A DNA stretch of 64,000 nt, from positions 1,173,702-1,237,701 of the forward strand of contig CP070630.1 in the NCBI GenBank assembly GCA_020356025.1, read 5' to 3'. The notes beneath the pieces were generated by a model that saw only the letters and a program-made list of their open reading frames with translations, did not search any database and was not told the origin of the DNA. This DNA is from Dehalococcoidia bacterium. Lineage in GTDB: Bacteria > Chloroflexota > Dehalococcoidia > SM23-28-2. Of this stretch, positions 1-9,472 are shown in pieces (the first letter of the stretch is position 1; the number at the start of each line of letters is the position of its first letter). The position numbers were made by a program, and so were the translations under genes.

Positions 1-1507
1 CGAAGTCGGCGAGATGGTACAGGAAGGGCTCAGCATCCAGATTGTGCAGGATCACGGAAGTGTTCAATCCGAAGCAGCCAGCATCGACGACCACATAGGC
101 GATCCCATATTCGTCGAAGAGGTGCATCTGAGACCGCTTCTCCAGGAGCATCGTGCGGGCGTCGGCGGCAATGGCTTCTTCTTGGGTGGAGGCCAAGAGC
201 TCTGGAGTGAAGGCGGCCACCGTCGGCCGGCGGGAAAGGAAGTCGATGGGCCAGGCTAGGCAGTAGTCAGTGAGGATTACGTCGTCTTCTTCAGTGCTGT
301 CGGCCAGCCAGGTCAGGGCGTCGTGGGAGTCAGGGGTTAACACCACGTAGAAATCGCTATCAAGTTCGGCACGAAAAACGCCCACCAGGGTCAGGTAGCT
401 GATGATAGCAGCCACTAGAAGCGGTCGGACGATGGTCTTGTGGGTATGCCAGATAGCGTAGGCGGCAGCCGGGGCAAGCACGATGGGAGCGAAGAAAAGG
501 AACCGTTGATAGAAGAAGTTCACGGAGAAAATCCAGGAGTAGCCCAGCAGGGCGGCGGTTCCTGCGAAAGCCAGGACTAGCAGCCGGCCTCCCGCGCCTG
601 AGTGATTCTTCAGCAGGAGAACTACAAGACCGACCCCGGCCACGAGGACGATCACTGGCGTAAAGGCCTGCTGCATCTTGGCAAAGGTGATCTTGGTGGT
701 GGCCGAGGTCCCTTCTCCCAAGGTGGTTTGGATGGCATCGGCCCCGAAATAGGTATCGATAAGGTGAACGAGAATGGGCAGGCCCAGCGCCAGGCCGAAG
801 GTGGCCATGAAGAGGTAGCCGGCTACCACTTGGGGGCGCAAGCGGGCGAGTGCGATGTCCCCCAGGGCGAAGACGGCCAGCGCCAGCACCAAGACCAACG
901 CAGACAGGTGGTGGATCAGGGCTATTCCCACGACCAGGACTGCGGCGAGGGCAGCCCAGCCCAGCGAGCCATCCTGGCCAGCCGCCAGCCGGGAGGCGCG
1001 GAACTTGAGGAGCGCCCATCCCGCCAGGGGCATGAGGGCGAGGGCGAAGATGTTGGAGTAGCCGGACCAGGCCAGCATCTCCAGGCCGGAGGGTAGCAAG
1101 GCCAGGATGAGGGTCGCTAGCAGGGCGGGGCCTGTGCCGACCAACAGGCGGGCTAGAACGAAGATGGTCAGCATTTCAAGGCCGCACAAGATCAGAGCGT
1201 AGTAGGTCAGGGGGATGGACTCCAGGCCGGTCATGAACGATAGGGCAGATAGTAGCAGGGGCAGGCCGGGCAACGACTGGAAGCGAAAGCCTCCCAACTG
1301 GTGGTAGGGGAAGTAGGTGGGCACTTCCCCGTTCTCCATGATCTCGTTGGTGTGGAGGAGGACGTGACTGTAGTCACCGCCGGGCGGATATTCGTGCTGG
1401 AACAGGACGACGGCCCTGAGGAGAAGTCCCAGGGCCAGGATGAGCAAGAAGGCGCCAGCGGTGAACCAGAGGCGGCTCCGCCTCTCAGTCTGTCCTGCTG
1501 GGATCAT
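1..1507 (-). CDS. Polytopic membrane protein, GT-C-like (ArnT/PMT/STT3-type) glycosyltransferase candidate; 3' end runs off the left edge of the window
   Basis: Not in the ORF track because there is no stop inside the window. My minus-strand translation from ATG 1507 reads MIPAGQTERRSRLWFTAGAFLLILALGLLLRAVVLFQHEYPPGGDYSHVLL... and stays open to position 1. It passes through many hydrophobic segments, then a soluble part (...DSDFYVVLTPDSHDALTWLADSTEEDD...). There is an ATGA start/stop overlap with the upstream methyltransferase. Track ORFs 360..1019(-) and 602..1096(+) are other frames with Arg/Pro/Gly-rich junk composition. Confidence 0.6.
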   Translation of the reverse strand, partial: MIPAGQTERRSRLWFTAGAFLLILALGLLLRAVVLFQHEYPPGGDYSHVLLHTNEIMENGEVPTYFPYHQLGGFRFQSLPGLPLLLSALSFMTGLESIPLTYYALILCGLEMLTIFVLARLLVGTGPALLATLILALLPSGLEMLAWSGYSNIFALALMPLAGWALLKFRASRLAAGQDGSLGWAALAAVLVVGIALIHHLSALVLVLALAVFALGDIALARLRPQVVAGYLFMATFGLALGLPILVHLIDTYFGADAIQTTLGEGTSATTKITFAKMQQAFTPVIVLVAGVGLVVLLLKNHSGAGGRLLVLAFAGTAALLGYSWIFSVNFFYQRFLFFAPIVLAPAAAYAIWHTHKTIVRPLLVAAIISYLTLVGVFRAELDSDFYVVLTPDSHDALTWLADSTEEDDVILTDYCLAWPIDFLSRRPTVAAFTPELLASTQEEAIAADARTMLLEKRSQMHLFDEYGIAYVVVDAGCFGLNTSVILHNLDAEPFLYHLADF

Positions 1508-2241
1508 AGGCCATTGTGCCTCGGTCGGAGCTTAGCGATCAGGTAGACGCCATGCACGCTGTCTATCTTGCAGACCAGGCGGGCCAGGCCGGGCGGAAGC
1601 GGATAGTAGCCAGCCGTCTTCAGACCCTCGATCTTCAAACCGTGATAAAGGCACAGCTCGCGGAGGCCTTGAAAGCTGAAGACTCGCAGATGGCTATCGC
1701 CCTGGGAGGGATGGCGCGTTCCTCGCAGCGGGTCGAAGGCGTTGCCTACGATGGCTTCGTTGGATATGTGGAGAGGCGTAGGTTGCATCCCTAGGGCTAG
1801 GGAGAAGACGTTGTGCCAGCTGGCCAGGTTATTGGTGGACACGACGGCGTAGCCATTCGGCCGCAGCACCCTCTTGATTTCTCTGAGGAAGAGGTCGGTG
1901 TTGAACAGGTGCTCGATGATCTGATTGGCGTGGACGATGTCAAAGAAGCGATCCTCGTACGGCAGCGGTTCGTTGAGGTCGGCCTTGGTTACCATGACGC
2001 CCCGGTCGATGGCTTCCCCGATCCGCTCCTCCACGCACTCGATGCCGTAGGCGTCTGACACGTGGGCACGCCGCGCCACCTGGACAGTGAACTCGCCATT
2101 TCCGCAGCCGCAATCGAGAAGACGGCCGCCCGGGCGGGGCTCGACGATGTCCAGAATCTCTGACCTGTTGGCCTGCTCGGTTTGCCTATAGACTTTGTGC
2201 AGATAGGCGGCGCTCGTCCTTCGTACAGAACGCCTGTTCAT
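1504..2241 (-). CDS. Class I SAM-dependent methyltransferase
   Basis: Contains LLDCGCGNGEF (SAM motif I) and FDIVHANQIIEHL. The start is ambiguous: ATG 2292 in the track or ATG 2241 (MNRRSV...). Both overlap the 3' end of the GT4 gene. Confidence 0.8.
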   Translation of the reverse strand: MNRRSVRRTSAAYLHKVYRQTEQANRSEILDIVEPRPGGRLLDCGCGNGEFTVQVARRAHVSDAYGIECVEERIGEAIDRGVMVTKADLNEPLPYEDRFFDIVHANQIIEHLFNTDLFLREIKRVLRPNGYAVVSTNNLASWHNVFSLALGMQPTPLHISNEAIVGNAFDPLRGTRHPSQGDSHLRVFSFQGLRELCLYHGLKIEGLKTAGYYPLPPGLARLVCKIDSVHGVYLIAKLRPRHNGL

Positions 2242-3361
2242 ATAGGGCCTCCATCTTTTGGGCGATGTGGGACCAGTCCTGCTGGGCCGCAAGAGACCGA
2301 CTTCGCTCGGCCATCGTCGCTAACCGGACTGGCTCGGCGAGAAGCCCTGCCAGGGCCGACGCCAGGGAGCGGGGATCGTCACGGCAAACGAGGCCGTTTT
2401 CGCCCTCCTCTATGAGGGCTGGCGCAGCGCTATCGGGCGCGTCCACCACCACGGCGGGCAGGCCGCAGGCCTGAGCCTCGACGACGCAAATGCCAAAGCC
2501 TTCTCGCCGGGAGGGCAAGACAAAGACCTTCGATCGCTTCATCAAGCCATAGAGGTCGTCATGGTCAGCGATGTACCCGGTAAAGGTCACGTTCTCTGCC
2601 AGTCCCAACCGGTCGCTGAGTGCCATCAAAGACTCTCGCTCGGGGCCGGCGCCCACCACTATGCAGCGCAAGTGGGGGAATTCGTGGGTTAGTAGGTTAA
2701 CGGCTTTCAGAAGGGTGGTAACGTTCTTGTGCTTCAGCAGTCGCCCCACGAAGATGATGTCCGACTCCGCCCCTTGCGGCGGGATGCCTTCAATAAGCCC
2801 GTAGTCGACCCCGTTGGGCACCACTGGCAGGTGGTGATCGGCCAGGACTGCCCGCGCCAGGCGACGAGCTGTGAATGTCGAGACGGCCACGGGCACCTGG
2901 GAGAGCCGGGCGGAGGCGTGCTCCACTAGCCGCGCTAGGTGCCCCCGCCAGCCCAGGTAGCTCAGCCAGTAATCATCCCAGAACTCGTGCCAGGTGACCA
3001 CCAGGGGAATGTGTCTGGATCGGGCGATGAGGCGGCAAGGGAAAGTGGGAAAGTAGGGGATGGAGGAGCAGTCGATGACGTCAAAGCGCTCGGTAGGGAA
3101 CGATCGCAGAAGTCGGCTTGCGAAAGCCACCGCCTCGCTGATGGTGCGGCGACCATCCCGACCGTAGAAGGGCTTAGGCTGACCTACGCCGTGATACCAC
3201 ACGCCGTCGCCTTGCACACTAGGGCCCGATGGCCAGTACTGCCAGGAAACGAAATGCACCTCGTGCCTGGAAGCCAGCCGCTTGGCCAGCTCATGGTACC
3301 TTTTCTCGCCGCCCCCCTTGGTGAACGGATAGAGGGCGTCGTAGACGAAGGCGATCTTCAT
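2186..3361 (-). CDS. Glycosyltransferase family 4 (GT-B, retaining type)
   Basis: 391 aa. N-terminal MKIAFVYDALYPFTKGGGEKR and C-terminal REGFGICVVEAQACGLPAVV (E-x7-E signature). Confidence 0.85.
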   Translation of the reverse strand: MKIAFVYDALYPFTKGGGEKRYHELAKRLASRHEVHFVSWQYWPSGPSVQGDGVWYHGVGQPKPFYGRDGRRTISEAVAFASRLLRSFPTERFDVIDCSSIPYFPTFPCRLIARSRHIPLVVTWHEFWDDYWLSYLGWRGHLARLVEHASARLSQVPVAVSTFTARRLARAVLADHHLPVVPNGVDYGLIEGIPPQGAESDIIFVGRLLKHKNVTTLLKAVNLLTHEFPHLRCIVVGAGPERESLMALSDRLGLAENVTFTGYIADHDDLYGLMKRSKVFVLPSRREGFGICVVEAQACGLPAVVVDAPDSAAPALIEEGENGLVCRDDPRSLASALAGLLAEPVRLATMAERSRSLAAQQDWSHIAQKMEALYEQAFCTKDERRLSAQSL

Positions 3362-3370
3362 GGAACCTTC

Positions 3371-4567
3371 CTATTCCGTCTTCATGAGGCCGAGGAGAAA
3401 GGCCACCAGCACGACATCGACGCCCACCACCATGAGGCTCTGCGCCAGGGCTCCTACCTGAGCTTCCTGGGGCGGGCTGTCCAGGGCAGGGGCAACGCCG
3501 AGGAAGACATACAGGCCTATCCCCGCCAGGATCAACGCTCCCGCCGCCACCAGGAAGGCTTCCAGGCTGAAGTGCTGCCGATACAGTCTGGACAAGCGAC
3601 TCTTGCCGATGATGCCTTTGCCTGAGGCAACGAGGTGAGCAGCCAATCCCAGGAGCAGGGCGTTGATCCCTACCACCAAGAGCATCGGCCCGACAAACAC
3701 CGCAGACCAGTGGGGCCAGGCGTCGGCGTTCCCGCGCGAGACCAGTAGGGCTGACGCCATCGCGATCGCCCCCATAAGGGAAAGGATTAGGCCTGGCACG
3801 GTGAAGACGTAGGCTGGCGTGGAGAGCATCAGGAAGCGCAGGTGTCGCCAGCCGTCGCGGAAGGTGTTCAGCTTGGCCTCCCCCACCCGCGGGAAGTAGG
3901 GTATGGGGACCTCAGCGACGCGCAGCCTTCGGCGCATCGCCTTGAGGATCATCTCCGAGGCGAATTCCATGCCGGTGGAGTGGAGCCCCAGGCGCTGGTA
4001 GGCTTCTCGGGTGAAGGCGCGCAGGCCGCACTGGCTGTCGCCCAGGCGGGCTCCGGTGAACGTCCGCAGTAGAAAGGTGATGACGGGTGTGCCGATGTAG
4101 CGGTGGCTCCAGGTCATCGCCCCCGGGCGGATGCCGCCAGCATAGCGGTTTCCCACCACCAAGTCGTACCCGTCACGCAGGGGTGCGATGAGGGGCTCAA
4201 GGTTGGTGAAGTCGTACGTATCATCGCAGTCGCCCATAATGATGTACTTGCCCTGGGCTTGGGGGACCCCCGTCAGGTAAGCGCGACCGTAGCCTCGGCG
4301 CGGCTCCTCGATCACCCTGGCTCCCGCCGCGAGGGCCAGCTCGCGGGAGCGATCGGTGGAGCCGTTGTCCACCACCAGAACCTCGCCCCTGTAGCCGGAC
4401 CTCTCCAGCCAGGCCATTGCCTTCTGCACGCAGATGGCGATGGATGCCTCCTCGTTAAGACAGGGCATTACGATGGAGATATCTAGCTGGCACTCCTCAG
4501 TCCCTGTCTCATCTACTGTCGCGGTGGTTGAGCCGCTGTCGGGCAGTACGGCTACGGCTTCCCTCAT
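3371..4567 (-). CDS. Glycosyltransferase family 2 with C-terminal membrane helices (polyprenyl-phosphate glycosyltransferase-like, DPM1/GtrB/ArnC architecture)
   Basis: GT-A motifs IVMPCLNEE, VVDNGSTDRS and MGDCDDTY, followed by several hydrophobic helices. AGGAGG lies 8 nt upstream of ATG 4567. The track start at 4576 is a GTG inside that SD. The SD overlaps the flippase stop codon. Confidence 0.85.
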   Translation of the reverse strand: MREAVAVLPDSGSTTATVDETGTEECQLDISIVMPCLNEEASIAICVQKAMAWLERSGYRGEVLVVDNGSTDRSRELALAAGARVIEEPRRGYGRAYLTGVPQAQGKYIIMGDCDDTYDFTNLEPLIAPLRDGYDLVVGNRYAGGIRPGAMTWSHRYIGTPVITFLLRTFTGARLGDSQCGLRAFTREAYQRLGLHSTGMEFASEMILKAMRRRLRVAEVPIPYFPRVGEAKLNTFRDGWRHLRFLMLSTPAYVFTVPGLILSLMGAIAMASALLVSRGNADAWPHWSAVFVGPMLLVVGINALLLGLAAHLVASGKGIIGKSRLSRLYRQHFSLEAFLVAAGALILAGIGLYVFLGVAPALDSPPQEAQVGALAQSLMVVGVDVVLVAFLLGLMKTE

Positions 4568-4579
4568 ATCGGGCACCTC

Positions 4580-5839
4580 CTATTCTGGTACGGCCTCCAA
4601 GGCGGCAGTCATTCTCACCCTGATAGAGTTCCACGCTATCAGGGCCGATAGGACCGCCAGGTAGAAGGCCGCGGTTGCGCATAGGCACAAAACTACCGTT
4701 TGGATAGTGTCGTGAAAGGCTAGGAGCAGAGTCAGTTCCAGGGCAACTGTTGCCGCTGCTGAGGCTAGGGCTCCCCGGGCCATGCCGCAGGCCAACATGT
4801 AGGCGATGAGCACCCCTGCCAGCGACAGCAGGAACATGAACAGGCCCATGATCCAGAGGCTTGATGCCAGCCCCGCATAGGACGAACCGAAGACGCACTC
4901 TAGGACAGGGCCGGGGGCAGCGGCGTATAGGAGCAGAATGGGGAGGCCCACCGCTGCGGTGAGAAGGAGCGCACGCGTTAGGAGCGGCTCGCCTGCTTGC
5001 TGCTGCCAGTGGGCCTTGTTGGCGAAGGTGAACAGGGTCTCGGTGATGCCCAGGCTGGCGAAGAGGATGATCCTGCCGGCAAAGGAGAGGACGGCGTATT
5101 GACCGGCCACCTCGCCAGGGAAAAGGCGCTGGACGGCCAGCAGGTCGAGCCAGTACAACGCTGTGTGTCCGGAGTAGACTGCCATCATTATGGAGGTGTA
5201 GCCCAGGAGTCTCCTGACTGGCGACTTCTGGCCACTGCTCGCTGGCCTCCCCTCGCTGGCACCCGCTGCGCAGCGCTCGATCATCTTGGCCGAGACGACG
5301 TTGGCCAGGAGTGCGCCCAGGAGGAGCGCAGCCATGGTGCCCACCAGTCCCACGTTCAGCGCCAACGCGAGAAGGAGCAGGAAGCCGATGCGCGCTACCA
5401 TTTCCACGAGGACAGTTATAGCCACCCACGAGAATCGCAGCCCTCCCTGCAGGAACCCCCTGTCCAGGTACAAGGTGAACGTTATAATTGCGGCAAATCC
5501 CGCCAAAAGAAATGACGATAGATTGGCACCCCTTGTTACGGTAAAGAGAGGCAAAGTCACAAGGAAAAGGAGCACGGTCCCGCCCGCCAGCACGAAGGCG
5601 AGCAGGTTGCGCCGCAGAGCCGTCAGTTCAGCAGAGATCGTGTTCTCGTCTGAGCGTCCTGCATTCTCGGTGGCCAGGCGGACGATGGCCAAGCGGAGGA
5701 CGTTGGCGGGCACGGCCAGTAGGATGACTGCTCCGTACAGGATGGCGTAAGTGGCGAACTCCTCAGGCGGGAGGAGACGGGCCACCAGGACGGTGAAGCC
5801 ATAATTGCCAGCGTTCAGGAGCCCCATGGCAAACAGCAT
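4580..5839 (-). CDS. MOP/Wzx-type polysaccharide (lipid-linked oligosaccharide) flippase-like membrane protein
   Basis: 419 aa and hydrophobic throughout, with multi-helix composition. Sits in an operon with the glycosyltransferases. The assignment rests on architecture and context, not on a sharp motif. Confidence 0.65.
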   Translation of the reverse strand: MLFAMGLLNAGNYGFTVLVARLLPPEEFATYAILYGAVILLAVPANVLRLAIVRLATENAGRSDENTISAELTALRRNLLAFVLAGGTVLLFLVTLPLFTVTRGANLSSFLLAGFAAIITFTLYLDRGFLQGGLRFSWVAITVLVEMVARIGFLLLLALALNVGLVGTMAALLLGALLANVVSAKMIERCAAGASEGRPASSGQKSPVRRLLGYTSIMMAVYSGHTALYWLDLLAVQRLFPGEVAGQYAVLSFAGRIILFASLGITETLFTFANKAHWQQQAGEPLLTRALLLTAAVGLPILLLYAAAPGPVLECVFGSSYAGLASSLWIMGLFMFLLSLAGVLIAYMLACGMARGALASAAATVALELTLLLAFHDTIQTVVLCLCATAAFYLAVLSALIAWNSIRVRMTAALEAVPE

Positions 5840-5910
5840 GGTGACGCTGGCTGCTAGAAGGGCCCGCTCAAGACTACTGGAGGCGGGTGTCCCCGGAAAA
5901 CGACGTGTCC

Positions 5911-7479
5911 CTAGCGTAGCAGGTACCCCCTTATCGGCTCCGTATCGACGTAGCTTTGGCGGCCATAAAGGAAGGGGGCAGTCGGACTCACCTCTAGCAA
6001 CATCTTGGATCCTTCGATGCTATCGAGTCCGTTGGTGTGCTCCCTGACCAGCAGGCGCAGCGGCGCATCTACGATGAGCACCACCTGGCGGCCAGCGCCA
6101 TCCCGGTGTAGGCATGCGCTCGGGTCATCGCCGTTCGCTCGGCGGGTGGGCAGCTCGGTGACGAAATGGTAGGCCTCGGCGTAGTGGGCGCAAAGGGTCG
6201 TCTGTCCCAAAAGATTCGAATCGGCCAAGCGCTGCTCCACCCTAGTCGCCGCCGTGTACTCATAGCTTCTGCTGGCATGCCAGGTGTCGTTGGTTAGGTC
6301 CACCTGCCACAGGAGAAGCCCCAGCAAAGCGACGGTCGATGCGGTCGAAAGGGCCAGCGCTGGCAGCGCCCGCTGCCTGGCGACAAAGCGCGAGAGGAAT
6401 TCCCAGGCCTCGCAGAAAACAAGACCGGTGCCAAAGGCTAGCCCGGGCACCAGCAAGGCAAAATAGCGCATGTCGTTGCGTGGAAGGTAGATAACCAACA
6501 GGGGGACCACTTGGAGCCACAGAGCCCAGCGGTATTCCGGCCGCCAACGGGTCGCCAGAAGGAGGCCGGCGCTGCCGCCGATGACCAGCAGAGGCTCTTG
6601 GTTCAGGAAGTCGTGAAGGCCCGTGAAGACCAGCGCCCCCTCATGCGCAACGGCGGTGGGATCCACGAAGTGGTCGCTGAGGAATTGGGCGGGGTTGAAG
6701 CTGTAGCCGCTCATCACATCGCCGGCCGCCCACCAAAGAGCGAGGACGAACACGGCGAAGAGGCCGGCCATAGACATCAGGTAGGTCTTGATAACGGGCG
6801 CTGGGCTGCTCTGACGAGAGCGCGCGCCGAGGGCCATGAAGGCCACCAGGCTGGGGATCGTCAGGATCAGATCGAAGCGAACGAGGACGAGAATCGCGGC
6901 CGATAGGGCTGCCACTATCACCACAGCCCTTGACCGGTTGCACCCCGCCAGGTAGGCCAGGAGCACGGCCAGGGTCAGGACAAAAGCGGCGGTCGCTTCA
7001 GGCATGACGAAGTTGGACCAAGCGGCGGCGCTGAAGGAAAGGGCTAGCGCCAGGCCAGCCCCAATGGCCGCTGCTCGAGAGCGCACGACTATGAGGGCCA
7101 GAAAGTAGACAGCGGGGACTGTGGCCGTGCCAGCGGCGAAGGACAGGGCTTTCGTCGCCACCTCCGGGTCGCGGGTGAGCAGGTAGATGGGAAAGGCCAA
7201 AAAGGGATACCCAATTCGATAGAAAGGGATGGACCAGGCATCGCCGCCCACACCCAAGGAAGCATCTAGGGGAAGACCGTGGGAGAGCCCCTTGATGACC
7301 AGGAGGAACTGATAGGAGTCGGGGTGGAGAAGAACACCGTCTTGGGCGCTCAAGCGAACAAGAGCGCCGAGTAGTGTGAGGGCAGCTGCCGTTGCCAGGT
7401 CGACAACAGGGAGGCTCGCTGTCGCTGACGTGGCAAGGGGACGCCACCCGGAAACAAAGCGGTCAAATATGGTGGACAC
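5911..7479 (-). CDS. Polytopic membrane protein, second GT-C-like glycosyltransferase candidate
   Basis: 522 aa. About two thirds is hydrophobic helices, with an early loop LLHPDSYQFLLVIKGL, followed by a soluble C-terminal domain of roughly 130 aa. Same overall architecture as the partial gene at 1..1507. Confidence 0.6.
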   Translation of the reverse strand: MSTIFDRFVSGWRPLATSATASLPVVDLATAAALTLLGALVRLSAQDGVLLHPDSYQFLLVIKGLSHGLPLDASLGVGGDAWSIPFYRIGYPFLAFPIYLLTRDPEVATKALSFAAGTATVPAVYFLALIVVRSRAAAIGAGLALALSFSAAAWSNFVMPEATAAFVLTLAVLLAYLAGCNRSRAVVIVAALSAAILVLVRFDLILTIPSLVAFMALGARSRQSSPAPVIKTYLMSMAGLFAVFVLALWWAAGDVMSGYSFNPAQFLSDHFVDPTAVAHEGALVFTGLHDFLNQEPLLVIGGSAGLLLATRWRPEYRWALWLQVVPLLVIYLPRNDMRYFALLVPGLAFGTGLVFCEAWEFLSRFVARQRALPALALSTASTVALLGLLLWQVDLTNDTWHASRSYEYTAATRVEQRLADSNLLGQTTLCAHYAEAYHFVTELPTRRANGDDPSACLHRDGAGRQVVLIVDAPLRLLVREHTNGLDSIEGSKMLLEVSPTAPFLYGRQSYVDTEPIRGYLLR

Positions 7480-8139
7480 GCCTGCCCCTCAATGTCTCTG
7501 ACCTCTTAGTTAGGACGGCGCATGTCCATTAGTGTTACACGCGTCTGCGGGCCGAGCAGCGGGCGGCGGTGACTAGGGCGTTCCAGCGTTGGACGGCGCG
7601 ACAACCCATGCTAATGGCCAGGCCTGGGCGCTTCTGTTGGGGAGGGCGGAAGTCACGGGGCCTACCCGCGACCGATGGCGCTCACAGCCGACGGTGGGGC
7701 TAGCCAGCCCCTGCCCGCTGAACTGGTAGGAGTCTGCCAGACGGAGCACGATTTGCGAACCGCGGTCAACCGCACGACCGCACGGGCTTGGCTGGCTTCA
7801 GGGTGGTGAGGCTGGCTGACGAAGACCGCCGCCTGGCCACAAGCCCTTGGCAAGCCTCACTCCGCCCCGGTATTCGTCACCCCTGGTCTCAACTTGCGTA
7901 GATGCCTTCCCCCTGTTCTCGGCAGGGGCCTCTTGTCACTCGGGGGCAAAATAGCGGAAGATGGAGACGATCCGGTCAAGCTAACGTGTATTACACTCTT
8001 GCCACACTTCGTTCCCTTCGCCAGCCGAGGCCCCAGGAGGCGGCCAAGCAGAGCCGGAAGAGGCTTGCTTCCATTGGCGTTGCTCATTGGGCTTGTTGCT
8101 TGGGCTCGTGGTTCAAGAAGCAAGGCCGGAAGGTCGGGC

Positions 8140-8949
8140 ATGAGCGGCGTCAGCTCCCGTCTCGAAGCGTCTGCGTGGCCAGGGCTATCGCTTTTCTCGG
8201 TCGTTGTCCTGCCGGCGTACACTGCCGCTATCATCACGGCCGAGATCGTGACAGCGTTGGTCGACGCTCGTTGGGGCGTGGGCCTTCACGTAGCCATTCT
8301 TTGGGTCCTGCTTGTCCACTTCGCCTGGGCCACGGAACGTTCAGAGGCCAAGCTCTGCCTGGCACTGGGCCTAGCGCCTCTCACCCGCATCCTTAGCCTA
8401 GGCATGCCCCTGGAGGATGTGGATCTTGTCTACTGGTTCCTGATCGTGGGCGCGCCCATGATCGTGGCCGCCTTCCTGGCTGCGCGCACTCTGGGGCTGA
8501 CCCGGTACGACCTCGGGTTGACTGTCCGGGCCATCCCTGTGCAGCTGCTAATAGGCGCCACGGGCTTGGCGCTGGGCGTCGCGGAGTACTTGATCCTGAA
8601 GCCTGAGCCGCTCATTGACGAGCTGACCTGGCAGCAAGCCTGGTGGCCCGCACTGATCCTGCTGGTCGCCACAGGGTTCGGTGAGGAGCTGATTTTCCGA
8701 GGGGTGATGCAGTCCGCGTCGACAGACGCCCTGGGCAAGGCGACAATCGTCTACGTGGCTATCGTGTTTGCTGCACTCCACGTGGGGTACAAGTCAGTGC
8801 CAGATGTGGCCTTTGTGTTCCTTGTGGCGCTGTTCTTTGGCTGGGCAGTGGCTAGAACCGGGTCGTTGCTGGGCGTGACCTTGTCTCACGGAATAGCCAA
8901 TGTGGTTCTCTATGTCATAGTGCCGTTCACGACCATCGCCGTCGACTGA
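8140..8949 (+). CDS. CPBP family intramembrane glutamic endopeptidase (CAAX protease-like)
   Basis: Motifs GFGEELIFRGV, FAALH and LSHGIANV in a multi-helix protein. I prefer ATG 8140 (MSGVSSRLE..., GGAAGG upstream). The track start at 7894 would add an Arg/Gly-rich N-terminus that does not look protein-like. Confidence 0.8.
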   Translation: MSGVSSRLEASAWPGLSLFSVVVLPAYTAAIITAEIVTALVDARWGVGLHVAILWVLLVHFAWATERSEAKLCLALGLAPLTRILSLGMPLEDVDLVYWFLIVGAPMIVAAFLAARTLGLTRYDLGLTVRAIPVQLLIGATGLALGVAEYLILKPEPLIDELTWQQAWWPALILLVATGFGEELIFRGVMQSASTDALGKATIVYVAIVFAALHVGYKSVPDVAFVFLVALFFGWAVARTGSLLGVTLSHGIANVVLYVIVPFTTIAVD

Positions 8950-9028
8950 TCGGGGTTGCCTGAACCAGGTTGACACCTAGACGCTACCGAGGCTTAGTAG
9001 GCATTACGCATCCCTACACCGATTGGGA

Positions 9029-9056
9029 CAAAAACGACTCCCTCACCGAGGGAGTC
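9029..9056 (-). terminator. Rho-independent terminator downstream of the small membrane protein gene
   Basis: On the minus strand: GACUCCCUC-GGU-GAGGGAGUC (perfect 9-bp stem) followed by GUUUUUG. Confidence 0.6.
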
Positions 9057-9089
9057 AAATCCATCTCTAGACGACACTCTTGCGCCGCT

Positions 9090-9329
9090 CTAGAGCACTT
9101 CCACCACCTTGGCCGCCACAATGGCCGTGAAAACCATCAGAAGCGGAATGATGGCCACGTTGAGGCCGCGGCCAAACCGCTGCAATCGGGGCGCGTCAGT
9201 CGCGCTGGCGAGCTCTTTGGCCACCAGCAGGCTGATCAACGCTAGCACAGCGATAAGCCCCAGCGACGCCGCGAAGCCCGCCGTGCTGGTAACCGTCGAA
9301 ACCGTCGTTGTCGTAATGCTCGAAACCAT
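9090..9329 (-). CDS. Small membrane protein (two hydrophobic helices, Thr/Ser-rich N-terminus), hypothetical
   Basis: Sequence MVSSITTTTVSTVTSTAGFAASLGLIAVLALISLLVAK...AIIPLLMVFTAIVAAKVVEVL. Followed by a terminator. The start is uncertain (9371 in the track, or ATG 9329). Confidence 0.4.
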   Translation of the reverse strand: MVSSITTTTVSTVTSTAGFAASLGLIAVLALISLLVAKELASATDAPRLQRFGRGLNVAIIPLLMVFTAIVAAKVVEVL

Positions 9330-9472
9330 CGGCTTACTCTCACTTGTACCAGAATATAAGGCCGTTGTCAAGTCCTAACCGCTTTTCTAGGCAAATGTTT
9401 AACCCAAGGCCAACGGAAATGGGAACAGAATTGCGAAACGAACCCACCCGCTTGGCGCCGCCGGCCCAGTAA

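Noticed and set aside
360-1096. Track ORFs 360..1019(-), 602..1096(+) and 855..1061(+)
   Set aside because: A third frame on the minus strand is open across the entire 1..1507 interval and encodes a convincing multi-helix membrane protein. The listed ORFs have Arg/Gly/Pro junk composition.
7894-8139. N-terminal 82 codons of the 351-aa CPBP ORF, and overlapping ORFs 7902..8396(+) and 7857..8237(-)
   Set aside because: The composition is not protein-like (RGPRRRPSRAGRG...). A better start with an SD-like element exists at 8140, just before the first membrane helix.
7480-8139. Tested the gap by eye for RNase P RNA, tmRNA and SRP RNA
   Set aside because: I found no GGAAAGUCC / ACAGAA-CGGCUUA (RNase P) motif, no GGGG...UUCGA...CCACCA tRNA-like ends or tag ORF (tmRNA), and no GGAAGCAGC domain IV motif (SRP). 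It is kept only as an unexplained structured gap.
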